A stretch of DNA of 62,316 nt, counting the filler, from an uncultured Gemmatimonadota bacterium (GTDB lineage: Bacteria > GCA-2686955), in NCBI GenBank assembly GCA_964490075.1. It is 3 parts of 3 records of this genome, joined end to end, with 100 filler letters (N's around TTAATTAATTAA, not from the genome) between each part and the next. Parts side by side here need not be neighbours in the genome. Positions count along the whole stretch, not along the records: positions 22,428 to 43,899 come from CAZBBK010000081.1; positions 44,000 to 62,316 come from CAZBBK010000085.1; 1 more part is not named here. One strand, given 5' to 3'. Below, in pieces: positions 39,319 to 48,900 of this stretch. Positions within the stretch are counted from its first letter, which is position 1; every line of letters begins with the position of its first letter. The notes beneath the pieces are model-generated. The model was not told the DNA's origin. It searched no databases and saw only the letters and a list, made by a program, of their open reading frames with translations. Made by a program: the position numbers and the translations under genes.

Positions 39319-41736
39319 TCAGATATTCCCCGAGCGCCAGGCGAAGTAGGCCCAGCGCAGCGCCTCACCGAGCCAGATCAGAAAGGGCTTGCTCTCGGGG
39401 TAGGGCGCGATCCCGGAGCCGGGCGGCAGATCGACGCCGATCCGGCCGAGGATCTCCGCGGTGTGGGCGCCGCGCATCGGCGGCGGCGCGACATCGGCCG
39501 TCGGGGTGAGCGAGAGCTGCACCGGAGCCCGGACGAAGGCCAGCGGCGTGGGGCAGCCAGGGTAGTCGCGCCTGCGGAGTTGCCGGGGCCGGTGGTTGCC
39601 GCCGGGGGGCTCCGAAAGGAGCGCCTTCAGCCGCGGCGCCGCGATGAGGGCGACGGTCGCGCCCACGCCCGCCGCCTCGACGGTGCCCCGCCAGTGGTCG
39701 ATGCCGCGCCAGCGGAAACTCTTGGCCGCCGTCACCAGCGGGTCGTCCCGCCCCGCGCCGGCGATGCCCGCGTGCTCCAGCCAGGCACGCAGATCGTCGC
39801 GCGGACCGGCCACGCAAACATGGCCCTCGCGGGTGCGCACGATGTCGGCGATCACCTCGCGTCCCGCGTCGTCATCGATCGTCCGGCCCTTGGCGCGGGC
39901 GGTGGCGATGCAGCTTTTCCGCTGGCCGCGCGCGATCGTGTCGACCTGGAAGAAGAGCGCCATCGTGGTCAGGTGGGTGGTGGCCACCGTTCCGGCGCCG
40001 GTGCGCATCTGGCGGTAGATGCCGAGCAAGGTCGCGAAGGCGCCGAGCAGACCCGAGCCGATGTCGATCACCGGAGTCGGCAGCAGCCGCGGCACGCCGC
40101 CACGGCCATAGGCCATCTGAATCCCACTGACCGCCTGCACCACCTGCTCGAAGCCCGGTCGGTCCTTCCAGATCCCCTCGTTGCCGTAGGCGTTGAGGTG
40201 GGTGTAGGCGATGCGTGGATCGCGGGCGTGGATCGCCTCCGGGTCGACCCCGATCGTCTTGGCCAGGTCGAGGTGGCGATAGTTTTGGATGAAGGCGTGG
40301 GGACGGAAATCGTCCATCAAGTCCCACAGCTTCTCCTTGCCCTCGCCGGTGGTGAAGTCGAGGGTCACCGACTTCTTGCCGGCGTTGAAGAGCAGGTGGA
40401 AGGACAAAGCCCAGTCGAGCGTGGTGGGGCTCTGCACCGAGATCACCTCGGCGCCGAGCTCGGCGAGGATGCGCGCCGCGCAGGGGCCGGCGATGACGCG
40501 CGACAGATCGAGCACTCGAATCCCTTGCAGCGGATGTTCCATCTGCTCGGGGGCGGCGCCCGGGTCGGGCTCCGATGCGGGGCGCTCGGTCCAGCGCTCC
40601 ACGAGCTGGTCCAGCTCTCCGTCGATCGAAACCCGCGACCGGATCACCGGCGGATGCTCGGGCGCCACCACCGCCGCGCCGGGTGCCATCAGCTCGCCGA
40701 AGAGCGGGTCGTCCACCGTGCAGGAATCGCTCATGCCCGCCGCGGCGGCGTCGCGCAGCCACTCCTCGGCGGTGCGGATCTTGATGCAGCAGAGCTCCTG
40801 TCCCAGCAGCTCTTCCCATTCGTCCGGAGTGCGGGTGAGGAAAATCTGTTGGTAGATCCGCTTCAGCTTCTTCGCCTCGCCGATGCTCCCGACCTGGCTG
40901 GGATCGCGCGCGGTGGCATCGCTCATCACGGCGCGCAGCTCGCGCACCCGCTCTCGGTAGCCGAGCTCCTCGAGCATCTCCAGAATCCGTGCGTTGTGCG
41001 CAGGCAAGGTGATATGCAGGTAGATGTAGCGTTTCCCCTTGCACAGCCAGGGGCCCATGAAGGGAGTCCCCACCATCTTGAAAGGCAGGAATCCGCGCGG
41101 CATCCCGCTCTTGATCAAGATCGAGAGGATCTGCGCGAAGAGATTGGTCTCTCGGAGGGTGGTGCCGATGTGCTGGCCGTGCCCCAGACGCTCCCGGGCG
41201 ACCAGAGCCGCCATGATCCCGTTGGCGGCGAAGAGCCCGGCCATCACCGAGCCGATCGGAAAATCGTGGTAGCGCGGCGGACCGAGCGGTTTTTCGTAGA
41301 GCAGCCCGGCCATGCCGCTGAGCGCCTCGTGATCCGGCAGCTCGGAGCGCGGATCATCGGCCTCGAAAGGGGGACTCGAGCAGCTCACGAGGCGGGGATT
41401 GGCGCGCGCGCGCAGCTCTTCGAAGTCGATCCCCCAGCCCGCGACGCGGCCCGGCTCGAGGTTCTCGATCACCACGTCGGCGGCCGCCACCAGGCGCTGC
41501 AGCATCGCTCGATCCTCTTCCCGTCCCGGGTCGAGCTCCGCCTCCATCTTGCCGCGGGCGAGCAACGCATCGAGGACCGGATCGCCATCCGCCGCCCCCG
41601 GCGTCATCACCCGAATCACCTCGGCACCCTGCTCGGCGAGCAGCAGTCCGGCGATCGGGGCCGCGATCCGGGTGCCGATCTCGACCACCCGCAACCCCTC
41701 TAAGAGACCCTGCCGGGGCGGATCGGCTGCCACCAT
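39319..41736 (-). CDS. Tandem (two-domain) CoA-transferase family III (CaiB/BaiF)
   Basis: LEGLRVVEIG..IAAP..GAEVIRV, followed by a second PLQGIRVLDLSRVIAGP..LGAEVI and NAGKKSVTLD. Start approximate. Confidence 0.9.
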   Translation of the reverse strand: MVAADPPRQGLLEGLRVVEIGTRIAAPIAGLLLAEQGAEVIRVMTPGAADGDPVLDALLARGKMEAELDPGREEDRAMLQRLVAAADVVIENLEPGRVAGWGIDFEELRARANPRLVSCSSPPFEADDPRSELPDHEALSGMAGLLYEKPLGPPRYHDFPIGSVMAGLFAANGIMAALVARERLGHGQHIGTTLRETNLFAQILSILIKSGMPRGFLPFKMVGTPFMGPWLCKGKRYIYLHITLPAHNARILEMLEELGYRERVRELRAVMSDATARDPSQVGSIGEAKKLKRIYQQIFLTRTPDEWEELLGQELCCIKIRTAEEWLRDAAAAGMSDSCTVDDPLFGELMAPGAAVVAPEHPPVIRSRVSIDGELDQLVERWTERPASEPDPGAAPEQMEHPLQGIRVLDLSRVIAGPCAARILAELGAEVISVQSPTTLDWALSFHLLFNAGKKSVTLDFTTGEGKEKLWDLMDDFRPHAFIQNYRHLDLAKTIGVDPEAIHARDPRIAYTHLNAYGNEGIWKDRPGFEQVVQAVSGIQMAYGRGGVPRLLPTPVIDIGSGLLGAFATLLGIYRQMRTGAGTVATTHLTTMALFFQVDTIARGQRKSCIATARAKGRTIDDDAGREVIADIVRTREGHVCVAGPRDDLRAWLEHAGIAGAGRDDPLVTAAKSFRWRGIDHWRGTVEAAGVGATVALIAAPRLKALLSEPPGGNHRPRQLRRRDYPGCPTPLAFVRAPVQLSLTPTADVAPPPMRGAHTAEILGRIGVDLPPGSGIAPYPESKPFLIWLGEALRWAYFAWRSGNI

Positions 41737-41824
41737 GTGAGCGCTCCGCTGGGAATGGAAACCCGCCCGGGCGCGGCACAAGCCGGTACCCGAGCGGGTG
41801 GTGGGTAAGGAAGGAAGAGAGAGC

Positions 41825-42952
41825 CTACTCCAGCACGTGGATGTTGCGCGCCGAGCAGATCTCTTTGAGCTGCCTGGGCCACACCGTCACGCTGCACTCA
41901 CCGAGATGGGCGGTCTTGAGCAGGTGCATATAGGTGCGCGACTGGCCGATGCCGCCGCCGACGCTGAGCGGAATCTCGTCGTTCATGATCGCCTGGTGGT
42001 AGGGCAGCTCGAGGAAATGCTTCTGCCCGGTCAGCTCGAGCTGCTGGACCAGGGTCTCCTTGTTGACGCGAACCCCCATCGAGGTGAGCTCGTGGCGCCG
42101 GTGCGTGACCGGATTCCAGACCAGGATGTCGCCGTTCAGGCCGTGCATCGGCCGCCCGTCCTTGGAGGTCGTCTCGGACACCCAGTCGTCGTAGTCCGCG
42201 GCGCGCATCTCGTGCGGATAGCCGTCCTGCAAGGTCCAGCCGATGCCGTAGATGAACACCGCCCCGAGTTCCTTGAGGATCGCCGTCTCGCGCTTCTTGC
42301 GCGGCAGATCGGGGTAGCGGTCGAGCAGATCCTCGGCGTGAATGAAGGTCAGCTCCTCGGGGGTCTCGGCGTACCTGTCGGTGCGCAACTTCGGGAAGCA
42401 CTCGTGCACGTGCTCTTCGGCGCCCCGCAGCACCTTCCAGATCCGCTGCACCACGTCGGTGAGGGTGTCGAGGTTGCGATCGGCCGCGCTGATCACCTTC
42501 TCCCAGTCCCACTGGTCGACGTACGAGGAGTGGTCGTGGTCGAGGAAGTAGTCCTTGCGCACGGCGCGCATGTCGGTGCAGATCCCCTGCCCCTCCTGGC
42601 AGCCGAACTGCTTGAGGGCCACGCGCTTCCACTTGGTCGCCGCCTGCACCACCTGGGCCTGGATCGGCTTCTCGAGACCGAGCCCGCAGGGGAACTCGAT
42701 CGGCGTCCGCGAGCCGTCGCGGTCGAGGTAGTCGTTGACCCCGGAGTCGGTGTCGACGATCAGCGGCACCTGCACCATGATCAGGTTGAGCTCCTTGCAG
42801 AGCCCGTCTTCGATGTAGCGCTTGGCCTCGTAGAGCGCCTCCATCCGCTCGCGGTGGCTCATCAGCGGGGTGTAGTCGTTGGGGAGGATCTTCTCCACCT
42901 CTTCGTAGGTGCTGACTCCCGGGCCTGCCAGATCTGCTTCTTTGTCCGACAT
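41825..42952 (-). CDS. asnA: Aspartate--ammonia ligase
   Basis: VVQAATKWKR, TDMRAVRKD, HSSYVDQWDWE, RAADYDDW, GLNGDI, SVGGGIGQSR. Confidence 0.95.
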   Translation of the reverse strand: MSDKEADLAGPGVSTYEEVEKILPNDYTPLMSHRERMEALYEAKRYIEDGLCKELNLIMVQVPLIVDTDSGVNDYLDRDGSRTPIEFPCGLGLEKPIQAQVVQAATKWKRVALKQFGCQEGQGICTDMRAVRKDYFLDHDHSSYVDQWDWEKVISAADRNLDTLTDVVQRIWKVLRGAEEHVHECFPKLRTDRYAETPEELTFIHAEDLLDRYPDLPRKKRETAILKELGAVFIYGIGWTLQDGYPHEMRAADYDDWVSETTSKDGRPMHGLNGDILVWNPVTHRRHELTSMGVRVNKETLVQQLELTGQKHFLELPYHQAIMNDEIPLSVGGGIGQSRTYMHLLKTAHLGECSVTVWPRQLKEICSARNIHVLE

Positions 42953-43146
42953 GTCGTTGATTCCTGTTTCTTGGGTCGATTCGTGGGGGTTGGGGTGCCT
43001 TTCTTCTCGGAAGGAACCCCACATTATCCCATTGCGTTGGCGGCTTGGCAATCTGCGAGGCGGGGAGCTGGCGATTCGATATTGGGTCGCCCTTCCCGAG
43101 CTCAATCCCGCGCCCGGCGAGAGTCCCGCGACCCCGGCCCCATCGG

Positions 43147-43686
43147 CTACGAGCCGCTTGCCCGCCGAAAGAGCAAAGAGGATCCCGACCACAGCGCCAC
43201 GAAGAACACTGTCGCGACAAGAACATCCCGCCGCCCCTCTGGTCCACCGGCGCCGAATCCGGCGACCAGCGCGATCACGGCGACCGATGCCTGGGCAAGC
43301 GCCATCGCGAACAACGTGCGCGCCATTCCATGTGGCCGGAAGCGCACGACGAGGGCGCCGATGATCCCGATGGCGAGGACCCCGATGTACATCGAATTGG
43401 CGGGGTTTCCCTCGGCTCCGATGATGCCCACCGCGAGGTTGACCCAGACGAGGAGAAGCGCCGCCGCCACCGTGATGCCGGCGGCAGCTCGGTACGCGGT
43501 GTTCCCCGATGTCCTCGCCATCAGCTGATACGCGAGACCAGCGCCGAAGAGGAGGAGGCCGGCGACAGCGAAATCACCTGGGTTCCAGCTCACTTCAGCG
43601 GTAAGCCGCATCGCCAACAAGGGCAGCATCAATATGCACGCCGTGGCGAGTGCGATGCGAACGAGAGCTCTGCTTTGTCTGGTCAT
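43147..43686 (-). CDS. Integral membrane protein of unknown function
   Basis: 179 aa with about six TM segments; PLLAM..EVSW..GDF and WVNLAVGIIG motifs; GAGGAG SD. Confidence 0.82.
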   Translation of the reverse strand: MTRQSRALVRIALATACILMLPLLAMRLTAEVSWNPGDFAVAGLLLFGAGLAYQLMARTSGNTAYRAAAGITVAAALLLVWVNLAVGIIGAEGNPANSMYIGVLAIGIIGALVVRFRPHGMARTLFAMALAQASVAVIALVAGFGAGGPEGRRDVLVATVFFVALWSGSSLLFRRASGS

Positions 43687-43853
43687 GACTCCTCTCTACT
43701 CCCGGTCATCGGAGGCTTCGAGTCATGCGCCAGGTGGTCTGGCGCAGTTGTCAGAGAGGTCGGCGGAGACCCGGAAGCCGACCGATCGTGAATCTCGGAT
43801 ACCGGGACGGCGGCGGCCCACCACCGAGCGAAGCGAGGTGGCCACCGCCCCCC

Positions 43854-43999
<146 letters not shown>

Positions 44000-44330
44000 C
44001 CAGGGCTGCGATTGCGGAATTTGGCGGCAGGAGCTGGGGGAACATGACAACTACTCTTGCGCGAACCCCAAGTCTGGCGCGCACAAGCGTGGCCGTCGAC
44101 GACCTGGTATCCGCCCATCACACTGACGCCCACACAGAGCAGCGACCGACGGTGTTCCTGCAAGTGACGCGAGAAATCCCCCGGTCCTGGACCGTCTCTC
44201 GCGCGACGATATCGTAACACATTTCCCCGGGGCGGACCCGACCATGCTGGCGGCGCCATGGACGATTGGGTGCGGGCGGCGACGACGACATTGCGACGGC
44301 TTCGGGCCGTTCCGCCGCCGCTCTCCCAGC

Positions 44331-45491
44331 CTACTTCACCAGCGCGATGCGGCGGGTCGACAGCGCACCCCTACTGCCCAGCCGCACCACGTAGACGCCG
44401 GAGGCGACCGCACTTTCAGCGTCGCTCCGACCGTCCCACTGAAAGCGGTGGCGGCCGGCGGCCAGGGTGTGGTCGGCCAGCACTCTCACTCGTCGTCCGG
44501 TGACGTCGTGAATGGTGAGCCGTACGCGCGCGGCCCGCGCCAGCTCGAAGGGAATGGTGGTGCGCGGGTTGAAGGGATTGGGGACGGCGGGACCGAGAGC
44601 GATTCCTGGCGTGAGGGGCGCGGAGGGAGCGGAGTCCTCGATCGACGTCAGGGTGTGGGCGAAGACATAGAGGCCGTCCCTTCCGCCGGCGAGGTAGGCG
44701 TGGGAGCCTTGCACGGCGATGCCTCTGGCGCGATCCGCGGTTTCATGCCAGCAGATCTCCTGGGGGTTCGTGGGGTCGGAGACGTCGATGATCCCGAGAC
44801 CTTGGATGTCGTCGGCGAGAAAGGCGTATGTCCCTTCCAGGCTAACGCTCCGGGCCGCTTCGGTGAGGTGGACGCTGATCTCGAGCGGCAGAGTCGGTTC
44901 GGAAATGTCGAAGATCCGGAGTCCGCCGATATCGCAGGCCAGGAACGCGTGCTCTCCCATTAGGGCCAGGCCAGAGGCCCGACCCTTGGTGGGATTGCGG
45001 CTGACCCCTTCGATCGGATCGGTCGGATCAGACACATCGATCACCCGCAGACCCCAGTCGTCGGTCACGTAGGTGAAGGACCCCACGACCGAGACTTCGT
45101 GAGCGGTGGCCGCGAGAGCGCAGGCCCCCACTTCCCGGGGCTATTCGGGATCGGCGGCGTCGATCAGACGCAAACCGGCGTCCTCGTCGGCCACATAGAG
45201 ATGCGACCCGGAGAGCGCGATCCCCCGCACCATGCCGGGCGTGTAGAGCGATCCCAGCAGGGTCTGCTCTGCGTCGAGAACCAGCACCGCGCTGTCGGCG
45301 CCGATGAAGGTGTGGACTCCGTCTGTGGCGACGCTTTCGGCCGGCCCGAAGAGCGCCCGGCCGATCAGCTCCAGCTCGGCGCCTCCGTTGAGCTGCAAGG
45401 CGGGCGCCGGAGCGGCGTCGCCGGCCGCCACGATCGCCGCAAGGAGCGCCAACAGCCGGCCAATCTCGAGTTTGCTCTCTGCTTCGCGTAT
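44331..45491 (-). pseudogene. LVIVD-repeat protein with a FlgD-Ig/T9SS-type C-terminal domain, interrupted by an in-frame TAG
   Basis: ORFs 45141-45452 and 44331-45131 are in the same frame (DAADPE*PREVG). LVIVD repeats GLRVIDVSDPTDP; C-terminal PNPFNPRTTIPF..WDGR..SGVY. The GGAGG SD is followed by ATA at 45491 rather than ATG. Confidence 0.8.
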
Positions 45492-45602
45492 CGACCTGTC
45501 CTCCCCGTAGAGTAGATCATATGGGGGCGAACGTGGTGTTGTACGCGATCCCTGTGGGGAGGATCGGCGGCGATCCGAATTACCTTGCCGGAAATCTGTG
45601 CC

Positions 45603-46781
45603 TCAGCATCCGCCCTCCTTCTTCCGCGCCCGCTTCACTTTCACCGGCTTGATCTCGACCGGCGCGGCGGGGGCAGCGCCGGTGAAGTGGGCGTGCAGCG
45701 CGGAGCGCAGGGCGTGATGGGCCAGCGCAGCGGGGGTGGCGCTGGTCGGCGCGGCCGGCTCCGTGAGCACCTGCGCCTGGAATTCGCTGAAGCCGCCCAG
45801 CAGTGTCGCCGCCTTGCCGTCGTAGCTCTGGGCACCGGCGGGAAGGCGTTCAAGATCGGCCGCGCCGTAGAACACCAGGGTGCGGGTGGGGGGCAGATCG
45901 GCCAGGAAGTGGCCCTCGGGGTCGTCGTCGGGAAGGGTCATGGCACCGGGGATTCGTTCCTCGATCGGCGCCGCGGGGGTGCGCAGGTCGACCAGGTAAT
46001 AGTCGCTCGGGTCGTGCACCAGCCCGCGGGCCAGCTCCAGCGCATCGATTCCGCGCAGCTCGGAGCGCACGGTGCTGGTGTCGAGCATCGAGAGCGCCGG
46101 GAAGGCCACCACCAGTCCGGTGGCGGTGGCGACACCGAATCCGAGGAAGGCACCGTTTCGTTGGCGCGGCGAATGCGATAGCTCCGGAACGACCGCCAGG
46201 TGCGCCAGGCGCCGCTCCAGCCATTCGGCGCCGAAGAAGCCGCCGATCGCCATCAGCACCACGGCCACCACGATCAGGGGCTCGGGCACCGGCAGCACCT
46301 CTGGCAAGCGCGACACGCCCAGCGAGCCAGACTGGTAGAAATCGGCCAGCGTCGGATAGGCGAAGCCAAACACCACAGACCCCGTCAAGGTGCCCGCGAG
46401 CGCCGCAAGTCCGTCCATGTTGCCCGATCCGGTCGCCACCACCGCGGTGCCGGGGCAGTAGCCGGCGACGATGAAGCCGACCCCGAGCAGCAAGCCGCCG
46501 ATCAGCTGCGGCCAGATCCAGGTGGCCGAAATTCGCATCTCACCCACCGCCAGGAGTCCTAGCCCCGACAGAATCGCGATGCCGAGCATGGCGGTGACGA
46601 TCGCAGAGAACATCACCTTGAAGACCCGCATGTTGGTGCCGTAGAACTGTGCCGCCAGCACCGGCGCGCGCCCGAAGCCGGAGCGCTCCAGCACGAATCC
46701 GAAGCCGAAGCCGATCAGAGTAGCGATGACCATTCCCACCGGCCGCGAGAAGGCGTCGAACATGTAGAGAGGGAGGCTCAT
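45603..46781 (-). CDS. YeeE/YedE family sulfur transporter fused to a rhodanese-like domain
   Basis: GFGFVLERSGF, GFIVAGYCPGT; C-terminal LVDLR...RIPGA...LLGGF; ends KKEGGC. Confidence 0.85.
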   Translation of the reverse strand: MSLPLYMFDAFSRPVGMVIATLIGFGFGFVLERSGFGRAPVLAAQFYGTNMRVFKVMFSAIVTAMLGIAILSGLGLLAVGEMRISATWIWPQLIGGLLLGVGFIVAGYCPGTAVVATGSGNMDGLAALAGTLTGSVVFGFAYPTLADFYQSGSLGVSRLPEVLPVPEPLIVVAVVLMAIGGFFGAEWLERRLAHLAVVPELSHSPRQRNGAFLGFGVATATGLVVAFPALSMLDTSTVRSELRGIDALELARGLVHDPSDYYLVDLRTPAAPIEERIPGAMTLPDDDPEGHFLADLPPTRTLVFYGAADLERLPAGAQSYDGKAATLLGGFSEFQAQVLTEPAAPTSATPAALAHHALRSALHAHFTGAAPAAPVEIKPVKVKRARKKEGGC

Positions 46782-46806
46782 TGTCGTTCCTTTCCGTCCT
46801 TCTCGA

Positions 46807-47328
46807 CTATCGCCACTGGCGACGCAGCAGAGGGGCGATTGCGTAGCCGCCGGCGAACACCGCCAGCATGAAGATCCAGGAGCCGGTCGAGAGCAGCGCT
46901 CCACCGGAGAGCGCCTGTCCGGAGGTGCAGCCACGGGCGATGCGCGCCGCGATGCCCATCAAGGTCCCGCCGGTGAATGCCAGCAGCAGCCGGGTGCGTG
47001 GAGTCACTCGCCCGCCCGAGAGCACGCCGAGCTTCATCCGACCGGCCGAGTAGGCGGCGACGATTCCACCCAGAAAGACCCCGAGCACCTCGAAGACCAG
47101 CCAGTCGTCGAGGATATGGCGCTCGCCATTTACGTACTTGCCCATGTAGGGGTTCGACTCCACCGCCGCCGGCGCCACCGAGTGCGCGGCCAGCACCGCC
47201 ATGCGGTTTGCCGCGCCGCTCGAGCCCAGTCCCCAGCCCATCACCACGAACGATGTGAGCAGCACCAGACCCAACGCGATGCCGGCCAAATACGGGTTCC
47301 AGAACTTCTGCTCTTCAGTCGTGTTCAT
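46807..47328 (-). CDS. YeeE/YedE family sulfur transporter
   Basis: WNPYLAG, GLGSSG, ARIARGCTSGQALSGG. Confidence 0.9.
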   Translation of the reverse strand: MNTTEEQKFWNPYLAGIALGLVLLTSFVVMGWGLGSSGAANRMAVLAAHSVAPAAVESNPYMGKYVNGERHILDDWLVFEVLGVFLGGIVAAYSAGRMKLGVLSGGRVTPRTRLLLAFTGGTLMGIAARIARGCTSGQALSGGALLSTGSWIFMLAVFAGGYAIAPLLRRQWR

Positions 47329-47343
47329 CTCTAGTTCCTCGCA

Positions 47344-48336
47344 TCAGCCGCCGACGGCCGCCAGAACGGCGTCGAACGATGTCTCCTGTCCCGCATAGAG
47401 CAGCACAAAGCGCAATGCCAGACCGCCGATCAGCACCAGCACCGGCGCCAGCAGCACCGGCGCCAGCTTGCGACGCATCTCGATCGTCTCCAGAATCAGC
47501 GGTACCACCAGCCCCATGATCACCACCAGCGACCAGAACACGCCGGTGTAGGGTCCGCCCATCAGGTTCCAGGCCGCGTGTTGGGCGGCTCGTCCCGCCG
47601 TCGCCAGGCCAATCAGCATCACCGCCAGTAGTCCGAGCTCCACAGTGATGGCGCCGACATCCCAGCGGGCGATGCGCTCTCGCTCCTGGTGCGAGATCGG
47701 CAACAGCAGCAAGAGCGCCGCGCCTGTCGACACGCCTGAGGTGAGGAAGAGCGGCCCGAGAATTGCGGTGTTCCACTGGATCCGCGCGGCCAAAGTCCCC
47801 AGCAACAACCCGGTGTAGATGCCAAGCCCGACTCCCACCGCCAGCGACACTCCGAGGATCGCTCCGCGCCGTTCGTCAGCGAGCTTCATGAGCCGATCGA
47901 GCAACGCCCGCGCCCGAAAGCGCCCCACCCAGCTCGACTCCAGCAGCGAATCGCGTTCGCTCGAGCTCCACCCGCCGAGCGCCAGCAGAAGCCCCGTCGG
48001 GTAGGTGATCAGCAGAATCCATGCGCCCCACGACATCGGCGACGCAGGCTTGAAAGCGAGATAGAAGCGGTGCACGTGCAGCTTCATCTCCAAGTCGAGG
48101 AAGAGGAAGAACATCCCGATGGAGATCGCCGCCAGTGCCCATATCGGCGCCAGGCGCGCGGCCCACGAGATCCGCCTGGGCTCGCCCATTCCCATGATGG
48201 CCGCCAGCACCAGGAGACCGGCCGACATGCCGCCGAGGAAGAGATAGAGCGCGACATCCCACCCCCAGATATGGAGCGCGGGGTCGATATGAGGGTTCAT
48301 TCGTCCATGGACGATTTCGATGGCTTGGCTGTGCAT
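47344..48336 (-). CDS. psrC: NrfD/PsrC family membrane anchor subunit
   Basis: WGWDVALYLFLGGMSAG, SPMSWGAW, YTGLLL, LIGGLALRF. Confidence 0.9.
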   Translation of the reverse strand: MHSQAIEIVHGRMNPHIDPALHIWGWDVALYLFLGGMSAGLLVLAAIMGMGEPRRISWAARLAPIWALAAISIGMFFLFLDLEMKLHVHRFYLAFKPASPMSWGAWILLITYPTGLLLALGGWSSSERDSLLESSWVGRFRARALLDRLMKLADERRGAILGVSLAVGVGLGIYTGLLLGTLAARIQWNTAILGPLFLTSGVSTGAALLLLLPISHQERERIARWDVGAITVELGLLAVMLIGLATAGRAAQHAAWNLMGGPYTGVFWSLVVIMGLVVPLILETIEMRRKLAPVLLAPVLVLIGGLALRFVLLYAGQETSFDAVLAAVGG

Positions 48337-48348
48337 GATGCGCTCCCT

Positions 48349-48900
48349 TCAAACCAGGAAGTAGATGTTCGGCTCGGTTCCCGCCTCGGCCTTCAGGATC
48401 TTGTAGTCGCGGCCCCGGAGCAGCTTGGAGATCTCGGAATCGGCATCGTTCACGTCGCCGAAGCTAAGGGCGGAGGTTGGGCAGGTGGAGACACACGCGG
48501 GGAGCTCGCCGGCCGTGACACGGTGCATGCAGAAGGTGCACTTGTCGACGTAACCCTTGGGATGCACGTAGCGAGCGTCATACGGACACGATGCGATGCA
48601 GGCCTTGCAGCCGGTGCACTTGTTGTGCGACACCAGCACCGCCCGTCCCTCGCCGAAGTGACTGGCGCCGGTCGGACAGGCTTGCACGCAGGGAGCGTCA
48701 TCGCAGTGCATGCAGCGCTCGGAGCGGTTCACCATGGAGAGCGCCGGGAAGTAGCCACGCACTTCTTGCACCACCCAGTCGCGGCAGCAGCCGTTCGGCA
48801 CGTCGTTCTCGGTCTTACAGACCAGCACGCAGGCATTACATGCGACACAAGCCTGGGTGTCCATCGCCATGGCGTAGCGGGCCGTCTTCTGCTTGCTCAT
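48349..48900 (-). CDS. psrB: 4Fe-4S dicluster electron-transfer subunit (PsrB/NrfC)
   Basis: CVACNAC..C, CMHCDDAPC..ACP, CTGCKAC..SCP, KCTFC..PACVSTCP. Confidence 0.93.
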   Translation of the reverse strand: MSKQKTARYAMAMDTQACVACNACVLVCKTENDVPNGCCRDWVVQEVRGYFPALSMVNRSERCMHCDDAPCVQACPTGASHFGEGRAVLVSHNKCTGCKACIASCPYDARYVHPKGYVDKCTFCMHRVTAGELPACVSTCPTSALSFGDVNDADSEISKLLRGRDYKILKAEAGTEPNIYFLV

